From Desulfurococcaceae archaeon (lineage in GTDB: Archaea > Thermoproteota > Thermoprotei_A > Sulfolobales > NBVN01), in NCBI GenBank assembly GCA_020832985.1, contig JAJHRE010000001.1:28776-92775 (forward strand): DNA of 64,000 bases, in the 5' to 3' direction. A program made the position numbers and the translations under genes. The notes beneath the pieces are model-generated. The model made no database searches, was not told the DNA's origin, and saw only the letters and a list, made by a program, of their open reading frames with translations. Shown one piece after another: positions 9,911-18,661 of this stretch (its first letter is position 1; every line of letters starts with the position of its first letter).

Positions 9911-10444
9911 TCACTTCTTACTCTTTACGTTTACAACATCACCTAATGTAAGCTCTTTAACTACTTTATCAGTAGTTCCTCCACTAGGGAACACATCAAC
10001 TACAGGTTCAAGTAATTTTATATTAAGTACCTTCTCAAGTCTTCTAGCTAGGTCTATTGTCGGGACTAACCTACCACTCTCTAAACGTTTTATAACATTC
10101 TCACTCTCTTTAACAGCTTCAGCTAATACCTTCTGACTCCAACCGAGTGCTTCACGAGCTCTCCTAATCCTATCTGCGTAATCCTCAACAACTTCGTACT
10201 CCTCCTTAACAACCTCTTTAGGCTTACTACTCCTCCTCTCAATAGTAGTTAAGCCCTGCTTACCCCCTACAGGTGTTTTAGGTGCTTCTGAAACTAACCT
10301 ACTACTTACTCGGGCATGACATGAAGGACATAAAGTAAGTTTAGCACCCTCAACATATACTATCTTAGCTAACCTCCTCTCAATAGCTTTACCACACATC
10401 TCACAGTATGTAACTTGACTCATCATTATCACCGTATACTCCAA
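9911..10444 (-). CDS. mbf1: Multiprotein bridging factor 1 (archaeal MBF1; zinc ribbon plus HTH)
   Basis: N-terminal CEMCG...CPSC zinc ribbon and a C-terminal XRE-type HTH (IRRAREALGWSQKVLAEAVKESENVIKRLESG). Confidence 0.8.
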   Translation of the reverse strand: MEYTVIMMSQVTYCEMCGKAIERRLAKIVYVEGAKLTLCPSCHARVSSRLVSEAPKTPVGGKQGLTTIERRSSKPKEVVKEEYEVVEDYADRIRRAREALGWSQKVLAEAVKESENVIKRLESGRLVPTIDLARRLEKVLNIKLLEPVVDVFPSGGTTDKVVKELTLGDVVNVKSKK

Positions 10445-10540
10445 TAATTACACTAACCTAAGACTTATATCCTCATAGCTAACACTGAAAATCAATCTTA
10501 CTTATAATTAACGATTCACAATTATGTATAGGTACTGGTC

Positions 10541-11074
10541 TTGAAGATATACGTTCTTAGATTAGGTCATAGACCAGCTAGGGATAAGAGGATAACTACC
10601 CACGTAGCACTTACAGCTAGAGCCTTCGGTGCGTCAGGCTTCGTATTAGCTAGTGTTAATGATGAAGTCGTGGTTAAGTCTATTAAGAAGGTCTGTGATG
10701 TCTGGGGTGGTTCTAGTTTTGAAGTATTGACTGGTGTAGATCCTGTACGATATATTAACGAGTGGAGGAGGTCTGGTGGGGCTGTTATTCATCTAACCAT
10801 GTATGGTATTCATATAGATGAAGTTATTAACACGTTAAGAACTTTAGGTAAGGACTTACTAGTAGTTGTTGGTGCTGAGAAGGTACCTAAGGTGATATTT
10901 GAGTTAGCTGATTATAATGTAGCTATAGGGCATCAACCACATTCTGAGGTGGCAGCTCTTGCAGTTTTCCTAGATAGGTTATTTAATGGTAAGGAATTAC
11001 ACCTTATTTATCCCGATGCTAAATTATGTATAGTACCTAGTGGAAGAGGTAAGAAGGTGGTACGCTGTGAGTGA
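10541..11074 (+). CDS. trm56: tRNA (cytidine56-2'-O)-methyltransferase aTrm56 (SPOUT)
   Basis: [31 protein letters not shown]... is the characteristic aTrm56 N-terminus. The size is about 177 aa. Confidence 0.85.
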   Translation: MKIYVLRLGHRPARDKRITTHVALTARAFGASGFVLASVNDEVVVKSIKKVCDVWGGSSFEVLTGVDPVRYINEWRRSGGAVIHLTMYGIHIDEVINTLRTLGKDLLVVVGAEKVPKVIFELADYNVAIGHQPHSEVAALAVFLDRLFNGKELHLIYPDAKLCIVPSGRGKKVVRCE

Positions 11075-11594
11075 TAAATTAAATGATCTATTAAGTTTTA
11101 TTGAGATGTATTGCGGAGGTGTATGTAGGGAGGTACTTAATATGTTGATGAAGACTTCTAAGGAATTTCTAGATGAGGAGATAGCTTCGGAACTAGGTGT
11201 AAATGTTAATGAGGTGAGGAGGGCGTTATACGACTTACAGACATTAGGTATTGTATCATATAGGAGGGAGAGGGATGAGAAGGATGGGAAATTCATATAT
11301 TACTGGTACGCGAACACAGAACACTTAAATCAATTACTCCTACAGAGGAAGAAACTTGTTTTAAAGAAGCTTGAGGAGAGGTTGAGATTAGAGGAGGAGA
11401 ACTCATTCTATAGATGCCCAAATGACGGTATGAGACTTACATTTGATGAAGCTCTAGAGAATGATTTTAGATGTCCGAAATGTAATTCATTACTGGAGTT
11501 CTACGATAATAGTTGGGTTAAGGAGAAACTTAAGATTTTGATATCCTCCCTACGTGAGGAAGTAGTTAATGAAGAGAAGACCATTACTAGTTGA
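11067..11594 (+). CDS. tfe: Transcription factor E (TFE-alpha; winged helix plus zinc ribbon)
   Basis: Winged helix ...[46 protein letters not shown] and zinc ribbon CPNDG...CPKC. The ORF track starts at GTG 11040. GTG 11067 fits the family N-terminus better and gives an 8-nt overlap with trm56. The start remains uncertain. Confidence 0.8.
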   Translation: MSDKLNDLLSFIEMYCGGVCREVLNMLMKTSKEFLDEEIASELGVNVNEVRRALYDLQTLGIVSYRRERDEKDGKFIYYWYANTEHLNQLLLQRKKLVLKKLEERLRLEEENSFYRCPNDGMRLTFDEALENDFRCPKCNSLLEFYDNSWVKEKLKILISSLREEVVNEEKTITS

Positions 11595-12528
11595 TTTATT
11601 CTGTGGTGCTGGGGGTTTTAGTAGGGGTTTCTACGACTTAGGTTTTAAGGTGGTACTTGGAGTTGATAGTGATAGAGCTGCAGCTAGGACCTACAAAACT
11701 AATATACCTACAGCTACGGTGTTATGTGAAGATATCAGAGATTTAAGATGTGACGACATAAAGTACTTAGTAGGTACTGATGTGGATGTAGTTATTGGAA
11801 GTCCTCCATGCGAACCATTTACAGCAGCTAATAAGAGACGTATGCCGGAACCTATAGATAGGCTGTATAGAGATCCTGTAGGTTCTTTAGTGCTTAACTT
11901 TATAGAGATTGTCGGATGTTTAACACCTAAAATCTATGTCATGGAGAACGTACCTGGTATACTTGATGGTGAGTTAAAGGAGTTATTAGCTAATGAGTTT
12001 AAATCTGTAGGGTATAAAGCTTATTTCAATATATTAAGAGCTGAAGACTACGGTAACCCGTCCAGGAGAGTTAGGGTATTCGTATCTAATATCCCTTTAA
12101 ACCCTCAGAAAGTAAGGAATTTAACGACAGTAATTGACGTTATTAAAGACTTACCAGAACCTTCTGAAGATCCGGTAATACCTAACCATGAACCACCACC
12201 TAAGCTTAGTCTTAAGAAGTTGAAGAGAGCTTCTAAACTAGTGTGGGGTTCAAGCCTTATAAAATATGAAGGTGCTAATAAGTTAATCCCTAACCTCATA
12301 AAGTTAAACCCCTATAAACTAGCACCGACGGTTCTAGGATCTTCGAGATTTCTCCACCCATTCGAGAACAGATTGATCACTGTACGTGAACAAGCCAGAC
12401 TTATGAGTTTCCCCGACGACCACATATTCCTAGGTAGTAAGGATGAACAGTATAATCAGGTTGGTGAGGCGGTCCCCTACGTCATGTCGAAAGCTATAGC
12501 ATATGAAGTACTTAAGTTCTTAATTTAA
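11569..12528 (+). CDS. C-5 cytosine methyltransferase (Dcm/Dnmt-type)
   Basis: Motif [14 protein letters not shown], motif IV GSPPCEPFT, motif VI MENVPG, motif VIII NPSRRVRVFV, motif IX REQARLMSFPD, motif X YNQVGEAVP. It overlaps the tfe 3' end by 26 nt. Confidence 0.85.
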   Translation: MKRRPLLVDLFCGAGGFSRGFYDLGFKVVLGVDSDRAAARTYKTNIPTATVLCEDIRDLRCDDIKYLVGTDVDVVIGSPPCEPFTAANKRRMPEPIDRLYRDPVGSLVLNFIEIVGCLTPKIYVMENVPGILDGELKELLANEFKSVGYKAYFNILRAEDYGNPSRRVRVFVSNIPLNPQKVRNLTTVIDVIKDLPEPSEDPVIPNHEPPPKLSLKKLKRASKLVWGSSLIKYEGANKLIPNLIKLNPYKLAPTVLGSSRFLHPFENRLITVREQARLMSFPDDHIFLGSKDEQYNQVGEAVPYVMSKAIAYEVLKFLI

Positions 12529-12583
12529 ATCTTCAAGTAAAATAATTTAAACTCCTAAAGTATTTACCATAGGTATTGAATAT

Positions 12584-13045
12584 ATGGTTAGAGGATTAAC
12601 TATAGTTGTAAATAATGTAGTAAGTCATCAGAGACTAGTTGATGTGGCTAAGGTAGTTTACGGATTTGACTTACCTGAGGTTATTAAAGCATTCGTAATT
12701 ACTAGACCTAGTGGTAGTGCTGCTCAGATAGGGGTCCCTGAAGTTAGTAAGTTAGCGTATAAGTTGGGTAAGCCCTTAATAATCTTACCAACAATTAACG
12801 ACGCTATAGAGCTCTTCACACCAGCTAAAGTATTCATAGTTTATAGGACTGAAGATTCACAACCTCTAGAAGATGTTGAGGTTAGTGATAACTCAATGTT
12901 TGTATTCTCATGTAGTGATGTAGGATTTACTAAAAATGAACTCTCCTTAGGAACACATGTATACCCTACTAAGTTCCGTCCTGGGATAGGCCCAGCTGCT
13001 GAGGTAGCATTAACCTTATACATAGTAACTCTTAAAACACGTTAA
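12584..13045 (+). CDS. Conserved archaeal hypothetical protein, possibly SPOUT-fold (DUF531-like)
   Basis: 153 aa with an alternating beta-alpha pattern and a C-terminal ...GIGPAAEVALTLYIV resembling a SPOUT knot region. The assignment is from memory of the family only. Confidence 0.35.
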   Translation: MVRGLTIVVNNVVSHQRLVDVAKVVYGFDLPEVIKAFVITRPSGSAAQIGVPEVSKLAYKLGKPLIILPTINDAIELFTPAKVFIVYRTEDSQPLEDVEVSDNSMFVFSCSDVGFTKNELSLGTHVYPTKFRPGIGPAAEVALTLYIVTLKTR

Positions 13046-13057
13046 TACTGTTTACTA

Positions 13058-13780
13058 TTACGTATGTGAGGTATGTTTTGATGAATAACATTGCCTTAGT
13101 AAGTGGTAAATACTTTTGAAGAACCTATAAAGTTCCTTACCTTCTGCTTTAGTTATTAACGCCTTATTTAATATATGCTTGAAAAGTACTTCAACATCGA
13201 CATCAACCATATCAGCTAATGTAGCTATCTCTTTAACATATCTAATTATATAGTTTAAACCCTCCTTACTATATAACTCACCTAATACCGACCTCTCCTT
13301 ATGTGTATGTGAAGAAAGCTCGTAAAGAACTATTGCTACAGCATGTGATAGGTTTAAAACGTTATAATCACTACGGATGTCTATAGTCATTACTAAATCA
13401 CACCTCCTTAACTCATCCCTAGTTAAACCTACACTCTCCCGACCGAATACTAGAGCTACTGAAGTGTTTGTTGGTAAGATATTCACTAAGTGTTTAAGAC
13501 TTACTGACTGTCTGAGAATATCTGAGTCAGTATCGTAGAGAGCTGTAGTACATACTGAAACTTCAGAATCACTTACGCATTCCTCCAAACTACTAACGAC
13601 CTTAACTAGGTTGATTAGTTCCGAACCTCTAGCTGCGAAATTCACTACTTCCTCATCAGAGATACTGAATTTAGGGTTAACAACACATATATCATCTATA
13701 TTAAAATTCCTAGCTAACCTTAAGATAAAACCCATATTTATCTTTCCTTCAGGTTCTACTAAAACTATCTTCATCTTCAT
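13058..13780 (-). CDS. SpoU/TrmH-class RNA 2'-O-methyltransferase (aTrmJ-like)
   Basis: MKIVLVEPEGKINMGFILRLARNFNIDDICVVNP..., and ...VALVFGRESVGLTRDEL...LNLSHAVAIVLYEL. These are the SPOUT motifs. Confidence 0.75.
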   Translation of the reverse strand: MKMKIVLVEPEGKINMGFILRLARNFNIDDICVVNPKFSISDEEVVNFAARGSELINLVKVVSSLEECVSDSEVSVCTTALYDTDSDILRQSVSLKHLVNILPTNTSVALVFGRESVGLTRDELRRCDLVMTIDIRSDYNVLNLSHAVAIVLYELSSHTHKERSVLGELYSKEGLNYIIRYVKEIATLADMVDVDVEVLFKHILNKALITKAEGKELYRFFKSIYHLLRQCYSSKHTSHT

Positions 13781-13811
13781 CTCATTAACTCCTAATTAAT
13801 TACGATTAAGA

Positions 13812-14480
13812 TTAAGTAATATTAAACCTCTCATAAAGTTTTTTGAGGTAGTTAATGAATACTACGTTAGTAGCATGTGGTGGAGGTTCTAGGAATATGT
13901 AGTATCTGTCACGGTTTTGAAGTTCTGTTAATATCCTATCAATTATAAGTTTTGCTGGGTCGATAATCTTCGTACGTTGCTGTATATCATCGAAAGAATT
14001 GAAAGGCCTCTTCTTCCTCTCTTCAAGTATTAACCACATAGACTTCTTACCAATACCTGGCAGTAACTCTAACGAATGTAGTTTCAACGTTATCGGTTCT
14101 GCAATATTGAAGAACTCTACGAAGACTTTCTCCTTATCCATAACTATCTTCCTAATAGCTTCCGGAAGGTAACTCTTAGCGACTGAGGTTAGGTCATCAT
14201 ATGTTACTATACCTCCCCATACGTAATCAACCTTATCTCTTAATTCCCTTAAGGAAAAACTAACTAATACCCTCTCACCCTGCTGTAGGTAAACACCTGG
14301 TTTTGGATGGAATTCCATCAATGTGAAGTACTTATCACCTATAGCTTGAGCTATAGGTTTAACCCTATGTGTTGGGTGATGAGTATCTACTGGATTACCT
14401 CTAGGTAGGAAATCAAGGACTATAGCGTAATCCTCCTTGAAAAGCCTCCTTTCACTATCTCTCAACTTATGTGAACTCAA
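13812..14480 (-). CDS. DUF655-family RNA-binding protein (OB plus HhH)
   Basis: Its position downstream of rpl21e-rpoF matches the conserved archaeal L21e-RpoF-DUF655 cluster. It has a C-terminal HhH-like LELLPGIGKKSMWLILEER. Confidence 0.7.
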   Translation of the reverse strand: MSSHKLRDSERRLFKEDYAIVLDFLPRGNPVDTHHPTHRVKPIAQAIGDKYFTLMEFHPKPGVYLQQGERVLVSFSLRELRDKVDYVWGGIVTYDDLTSVAKSYLPEAIRKIVMDKEKVFVEFFNIAEPITLKLHSLELLPGIGKKSMWLILEERKKRPFNSFDDIQQRTKIIDPAKLIIDRILTELQNRDRYYIFLEPPPHATNVVFINYLKKLYERFNIT

Positions 14481-14504
14481 AATATCACTTCAGTAACTCT
14501 AATC

Positions 14505-14834
14505 CTACTCAGTACAACACTTACTAAGGATGTTAACTATCTCATTTAGAGAATTCTCATCAAACGTCTTACCTTCGAAATTAAGGTATATCCTTACCTC
14601 ATCAATGCTACTCGGACAATTATTAACTAACATAACAGCTGTTATCTCCTTAAGACCTAACCTACTGGTTAACTCATTAATAACCTCATCACTGTCTGAA
14701 CACTTAGAAAGCTTAGACACGTACTCATAGACTCTCGAAACCATATGACTAACCTTCTCACCGGAGTCTATCAACTTCTTAAGTAATCTAGCTACTTCTG
14801 AGTATGTTAGATGCTTATATGAAAGCAACTCCAT
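14505..14834 (-). CDS. rpoF: DNA-directed RNA polymerase subunit F (Rpo4)
   Basis: 109 aa, lying immediately downstream of L21e. It shows the pattern ...LTYSEVARLLKK...YEYVSKLSK...EITAVMLVNNCPSSIDEVR typical of Rpo4/F. Confidence 0.7.
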   Translation of the reverse strand: MELLSYKHLTYSEVARLLKKLIDSGEKVSHMVSRVYEYVSKLSKCSDSDEVINELTSRLGLKEITAVMLVNNCPSSIDEVRIYLNFEGKTFDENSLNEIVNILSKCCTE

Positions 14835-14848
14835 AACTTAACCCCCTA

Positions 14849-15151
14849 CTACGATTGCTTCCACGGTCTTAAGTGTTCAGGTAATACGTACAATACCTTC
14901 CTCTTATTACCTAAAAACACTTCTACCTCATACGCCCTACCACGTCTGCCGATGACCGTAGCCACTTTACCGAAATACCTCCTATGAGGCATACCCCCAT
15001 GTATAGCTGGATTAGGAACTATACAGACTTTATCACCTACATTATACTCTATCATGAGTAGACTTAGAGATGGTACAGCCCCCCTCTCCCTCACATCCTT
15101 ACTTAGTACTGACCTCGTCCCACGCCTGAGACCTTGAGATGCTTTAACCAT
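14849..15151 (-). CDS. rpl21e: 50S ribosomal protein L21e
   Basis: MVKASQGLRRGTRSVLSKDVRERG...GDKVCIVPNPAIHGGMPHRRYFGKV. This is the canonical L21e sequence. Confidence 0.9.
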   Translation of the reverse strand: MVKASQGLRRGTRSVLSKDVRERGAVPSLSLLMIEYNVGDKVCIVPNPAIHGGMPHRRYFGKVATVIGRRGRAYEVEVFLGNKRKVLYVLPEHLRPWKQS

Positions 15152-15212
15152 CTACCAACACCAACCCCTAAACACACCTTAAAACTAGTTTTATAATCTA
15201 ATAAATTTTAAC

Positions 15213-16496
15213 TTAATTACTAATTACATCGATAACGTCTAATTCTAGTACCTTCAAACCACAACCTAAGAACTCTGAAAAACTAGGTGTTGTCCTGCCA
15301 CCGTCTCCATGAACTAACTCCTTAACGTATAAGCCGCCGTCACACTTAACTAAAAACTCGATGAGGTATTCATTAACTAACCTAGACTTAACATTATATA
15401 CCCTCCTAAAACGTACTATATCTTTCCTCCTCCTTAATACCCTCGTAGGGGTTCTCTGACTAATCACTCTATTAGTGAATTCTCTCTCTAAGGACCTCAA
15501 AAGATCTGTAGTTAATGGCTTCTCTGAAAGTACTAATAACCTATAGACCTTCAACATATTCTTTAACTTGATCTCACGCACATACCCAGACTCTACAAAC
15601 CTATCGAAGAGTATTAATATCAACTCAGAATTACTTAAAGCCTTAAGGACCTCATCAACACTTACGGTTTTATTCTTAGCATTCCTTAACTCTACCACTA
15701 ACTGCCTACCACTACCTAACATCCTAGCATCAACGTCTTCACGTCCTGCAGCATGTAGTCTAATATCCTCAGCATTAAAGAGACTTTTAAGAGGTTCGAC
15801 TACATCCTCTATAGCTAACGGGTATTTCCTAACACCATCACTGGTAAACCACTTAACCTGTGAGATATTCCTCCCAAGTTTTAAATACCTACATAATATG
15901 TAGGTTGGTGTGATTACGGTCTTAACATCTAACTTATCTAAGTCTACCATAACTACTATGTCCGGGTGTTTGAATTCTGGCTCAAGACCTACTAATGTCT
16001 TAACCTTCTTACCTAACTCCCGCTTAATTTCCCTCCTAATACTTTCCCAGGAATCCAACTTAAACTCTGATATAATCTCTAATTCCCTCTTCTCCATCTC
16101 TGAATTCTTAAGAACGCTTATAACGAATGTCTTAAGCTTAAACCTACTTAACTCATCAACTACCTTACCGATTAATTCTACTATGATATCTTCAAGTCTA
16201 TCCGAGCATATGTAGCACTTACGCGGCTGTATACTCCCTAAATACTTATTAATTAGTTGAGGCATTATATTGATGTTAGGGCCTATATCATTAAGTAGGT
16301 TTAAATTCTTGACGTTGTTGGAGATTAACCTATGTAGTTCCATTAATAATAACACCTTTATAGCTCTCCCCCTAACTACGTTACTCATACCTAGACCGTA
16401 TCTAGCAAATAACCTACCTAAGCATCTATCACATAGTGGGTACTTACGTAGGATCTCAAAAGACTTACTAACTATGTAACCCTCTAACTCGTTCAT
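15213..16496 (-). CDS. pus10: tRNA pseudouridine(54/55) synthase Pus10
   Basis: N-terminal zinc-binding CDRCLGRLF...CYIC, a THUMP-like middle region and a C-terminal catalytic domain (...YVKELVHGDGGRTTPSF). Confidence 0.85.
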   Translation of the reverse strand: MNELEGYIVSKSFEILRKYPLCDRCLGRLFARYGLGMSNVVRGRAIKVLLLMELHRLISNNVKNLNLLNDIGPNINIMPQLINKYLGSIQPRKCYICSDRLEDIIVELIGKVVDELSRFKLKTFVISVLKNSEMEKRELEIISEFKLDSWESIRREIKRELGKKVKTLVGLEPEFKHPDIVVMVDLDKLDVKTVITPTYILCRYLKLGRNISQVKWFTSDGVRKYPLAIEDVVEPLKSLFNAEDIRLHAAGREDVDARMLGSGRQLVVELRNAKNKTVSVDEVLKALSNSELILILFDRFVESGYVREIKLKNMLKVYRLLVLSEKPLTTDLLRSLEREFTNRVISQRTPTRVLRRRKDIVRFRRVYNVKSRLVNEYLIEFLVKCDGGLYVKELVHGDGGRTTPSFSEFLGCGLKVLELDVIDVISN

Positions 16497-17851
16497 GTCC
16501 CTAATCCTTTAACACCTAACTTACTTAGGAGTCCTCTCTTCCTTCTTAACTCCTTAATCAACCTATTCAATTGTTCGTAATACTTCAGTAATTCCTCAAC
16601 ATCGTTAATAGTTGTTCCTGACCCTACAGCTATCCTCCTCATCCTACGTCTGTCGATAATTGATGGGTTATCCAGTTCTTCGTAAGTCATAGAGTCCAAC
16701 ACACTAATCCACTTCTTAATCTTATCCTCAGATAGCTTCAGCTGTTCTTCAGTAAGTGAGGGAATTAGTGAGAATCCCGGGATCATCTCTAAGACCTTCT
16801 TAAGCGGGCCTAACTTCCTTAGTGACTGTAACTGTAGATATACATCTCTTAAAGTTATCCTACCACTAGTTATCATCTTCTCAACACGTTTCTCAATTTC
16901 CTTACTCTCCTCCAGAACTTCAAACTTCTTCAGTAGTGATTCTAGGTCTCCTAACCCTAACAACCTACTAACGAATTTTTTAGGGTTGAAGACCTCAATA
17001 TCCTCTAACTTCTCACCATCACATACAAACTTGATCTTAGCACCAGTAGCTACTACAGCAGATAACGCACCCCCACCCTTAGCAGTTCCATCAATCTTAG
17101 TAATTATTATAGACCCTATCGGTGTGTACTCATGGAACTTTCTAGCTAGTTCATAAGCCTTCTGTCCTATGTAGGCGTCAATAACTAGTAGGACTTCATC
17201 AGGTTTTATAGCATTAGCTAATTCCTTCATCTCCTCAAGCAATCTCTCCTCACTACCGTAGCCATGTCTACCGGCAGTATCTATAATTACTATATTACAT
17301 CTATACTCATTAATTAACTTATTAATACCCTCTACCGCTATTGTTACTGGGTCACTATCACCTTTACTGCCGTAGAATGGAACACCTATGGTTGAGGCTA
17401 TCTGCTGGAGTTGTTCGTAAGCTGCAGGTCTGTATGTGTCGGTAGTTATCAATCCTGGTTTATAGCCTAGTCTCTTATAGTATAACGCTAATTTACCTGC
17501 AGTGGTAGTCTTACCAGATCCTTGAATACCTACTAACATGAGTATGTATGGGAGTTTCTTAGGTATTACTTGAGCTTCCCCCTCACCACCGAAGAGGTTT
17601 ACGAATTTATCATAAACTATCTTTATGAACCATTCACGTCTTAACACACCTGGTGGTGGTTCTGATTTCAGAGCTTCTTCACGAATACTTTTAGTAAACT
17701 CAAAAACCAACTTAACGTTTAAATCAGCCTTAATTAACGTTTTCTGGAGTTCCTTGATGAACTCATCAACGCTTTTCTCGTAGGACTCACTGCTTTTTAG
17801 GAATGAAGTTACTAAATTCTTAATACTTTCTAAACCCTTCATCAAGTTCAC
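16493..17851 (-). CDS. srp54: Signal recognition particle protein SRP54
   Basis: N domain, G domain ([25 protein letters not shown]) and a Met-rich M domain. Confidence 0.95.
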   Translation of the reverse strand: MNLMKGLESIKNLVTSFLKSSESYEKSVDEFIKELQKTLIKADLNVKLVFEFTKSIREEALKSEPPPGVLRREWFIKIVYDKFVNLFGGEGEAQVIPKKLPYILMLVGIQGSGKTTTAGKLALYYKRLGYKPGLITTDTYRPAAYEQLQQIASTIGVPFYGSKGDSDPVTIAVEGINKLINEYRCNIVIIDTAGRHGYGSEERLLEEMKELANAIKPDEVLLVIDAYIGQKAYELARKFHEYTPIGSIIITKIDGTAKGGGALSAVVATGAKIKFVCDGEKLEDIEVFNPKKFVSRLLGLGDLESLLKKFEVLEESKEIEKRVEKMITSGRITLRDVYLQLQSLRKLGPLKKVLEMIPGFSLIPSLTEEQLKLSEDKIKKWISVLDSMTYEELDNPSIIDRRRMRRIAVGSGTTINDVEELLKYYEQLNRLIKELRRKRGLLSKLGVKGLGT

Positions 17852-18240
17852 TTAATCCTTACTATCTTCCTCCTACCCATAATAACCCAGTACTCTACCT
17901 CAACACCAGGGGCTAACTTACTACTTAATTCCCCAGACGGTAATTCAGCCTCGAAAGTCTCGAAACTCTCTAAATCCATTAGCTGTACTGTATTACCTGA
18001 TATAGCTAGTACTTGAGCTGATCTCTTATCAATTATCGGTACTTCAACCTTCTGATCTACTGGAGCTATTAGAGTCTTCTTAGACCCTGAGAATAACCCT
18101 ATAGCTACTACATGTGCTTTAGCACTTCCATGCTTACCTGTCTTAGCCTTACTAACCTCTACTATACGGCATGGCTCACCATCAATAACTACGAAACTAC
18201 CTTCACGTAACTCACCTAACTCAGCATATGTAGTACTCAA
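17848..18240 (-). CDS. eif5a: Translation initiation factor 5A (aIF5A)
   Basis: Hypusination loop [13 protein letters not shown]. 130 aa. It overlaps srp54 by 4 nt. Confidence 0.95.
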   Translation of the reverse strand: MSTTYAELGELREGSFVVIDGEPCRIVEVSKAKTGKHGSAKAHVVAIGLFSGSKKTLIAPVDQKVEVPIIDKRSAQVLAISGNTVQLMDLESFETFEAELPSGELSSKLAPGVEVEYWVIMGRRKIVRIK

Positions 18241-18352
18241 TTAAACCACCTCCTTACTATTCCTTAAGAGGGTTTAAATAATATCTTCTATATTAACTTA
18301 ATCATCATTTATGATGAAGGTTTATGAGGTATGTTGAGGTTTAGTATTTGAA

Positions 18353-18658
18353 GTGATGTTGGATATGGTTATTAAAGTACTTGTTGAGTATATGCTTAAG
18401 TTCAGAGATATTTCCGGGAGGAGTGCTGAGGTAGTTGTACTGGATGAGGGTTCTACAGTCAATGACTTAATAACTTTATTAAGTAGTAGGTATGGTCCTG
18501 AGTTCACCCAACAATTCCTTAATCCTAGCGGTGATGAGGTAGGTGGTAATGTATTAATACTACTTAATGGTAAGTCATTAACTACTAAAGAGTTGAATAC
18601 TGTGTTAAAGGATGGTGATACTATCACCTTAACATTCACTGTGTTTGGGGGTGATTAA
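18353..18658 (+). CDS. MoaD/ThiS-family ubiquitin-like small protein (SAMP-like) ending in GG-D
   Basis: Beta-grasp pattern ...VVVLDEGSTVNDLITLL...VLILLNGKSL...LKDGDTITLTFTVFGGD*. The start is uncertain (GTG 18353 or ATG 18365). The antisense ORF 18322-18639 is rejected. Confidence 0.6.
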   Translation: MMLDMVIKVLVEYMLKFRDISGRSAEVVVLDEGSTVNDLITLLSSRYGPEFTQQFLNPSGDEVGGNVLILLNGKSLTTKELNTVLKDGDTITLTFTVFGGD

Positions 18659-18661
18659 CTT

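Noticed and set aside
18322-18639. Long antisense or overlapping ORFs in the track. Examples are 18322-18639(-), 24727-25275(-), 23287-23742(-), 15568-16479(+, three ORFs), 26729-27151(+), 31635-32321(+), 36408-36776(-), 9831-10136(+) and 11024-11296(-). The 60-100-aa shadows inside other genes belong to the same class.
   Set aside because: Each lies fully inside a confidently identified gene on the opposite strand. Their translations are low-complexity, Ser/Thr/Leu/Asn-rich, and typical of antisense frames in AT-rich DNA.
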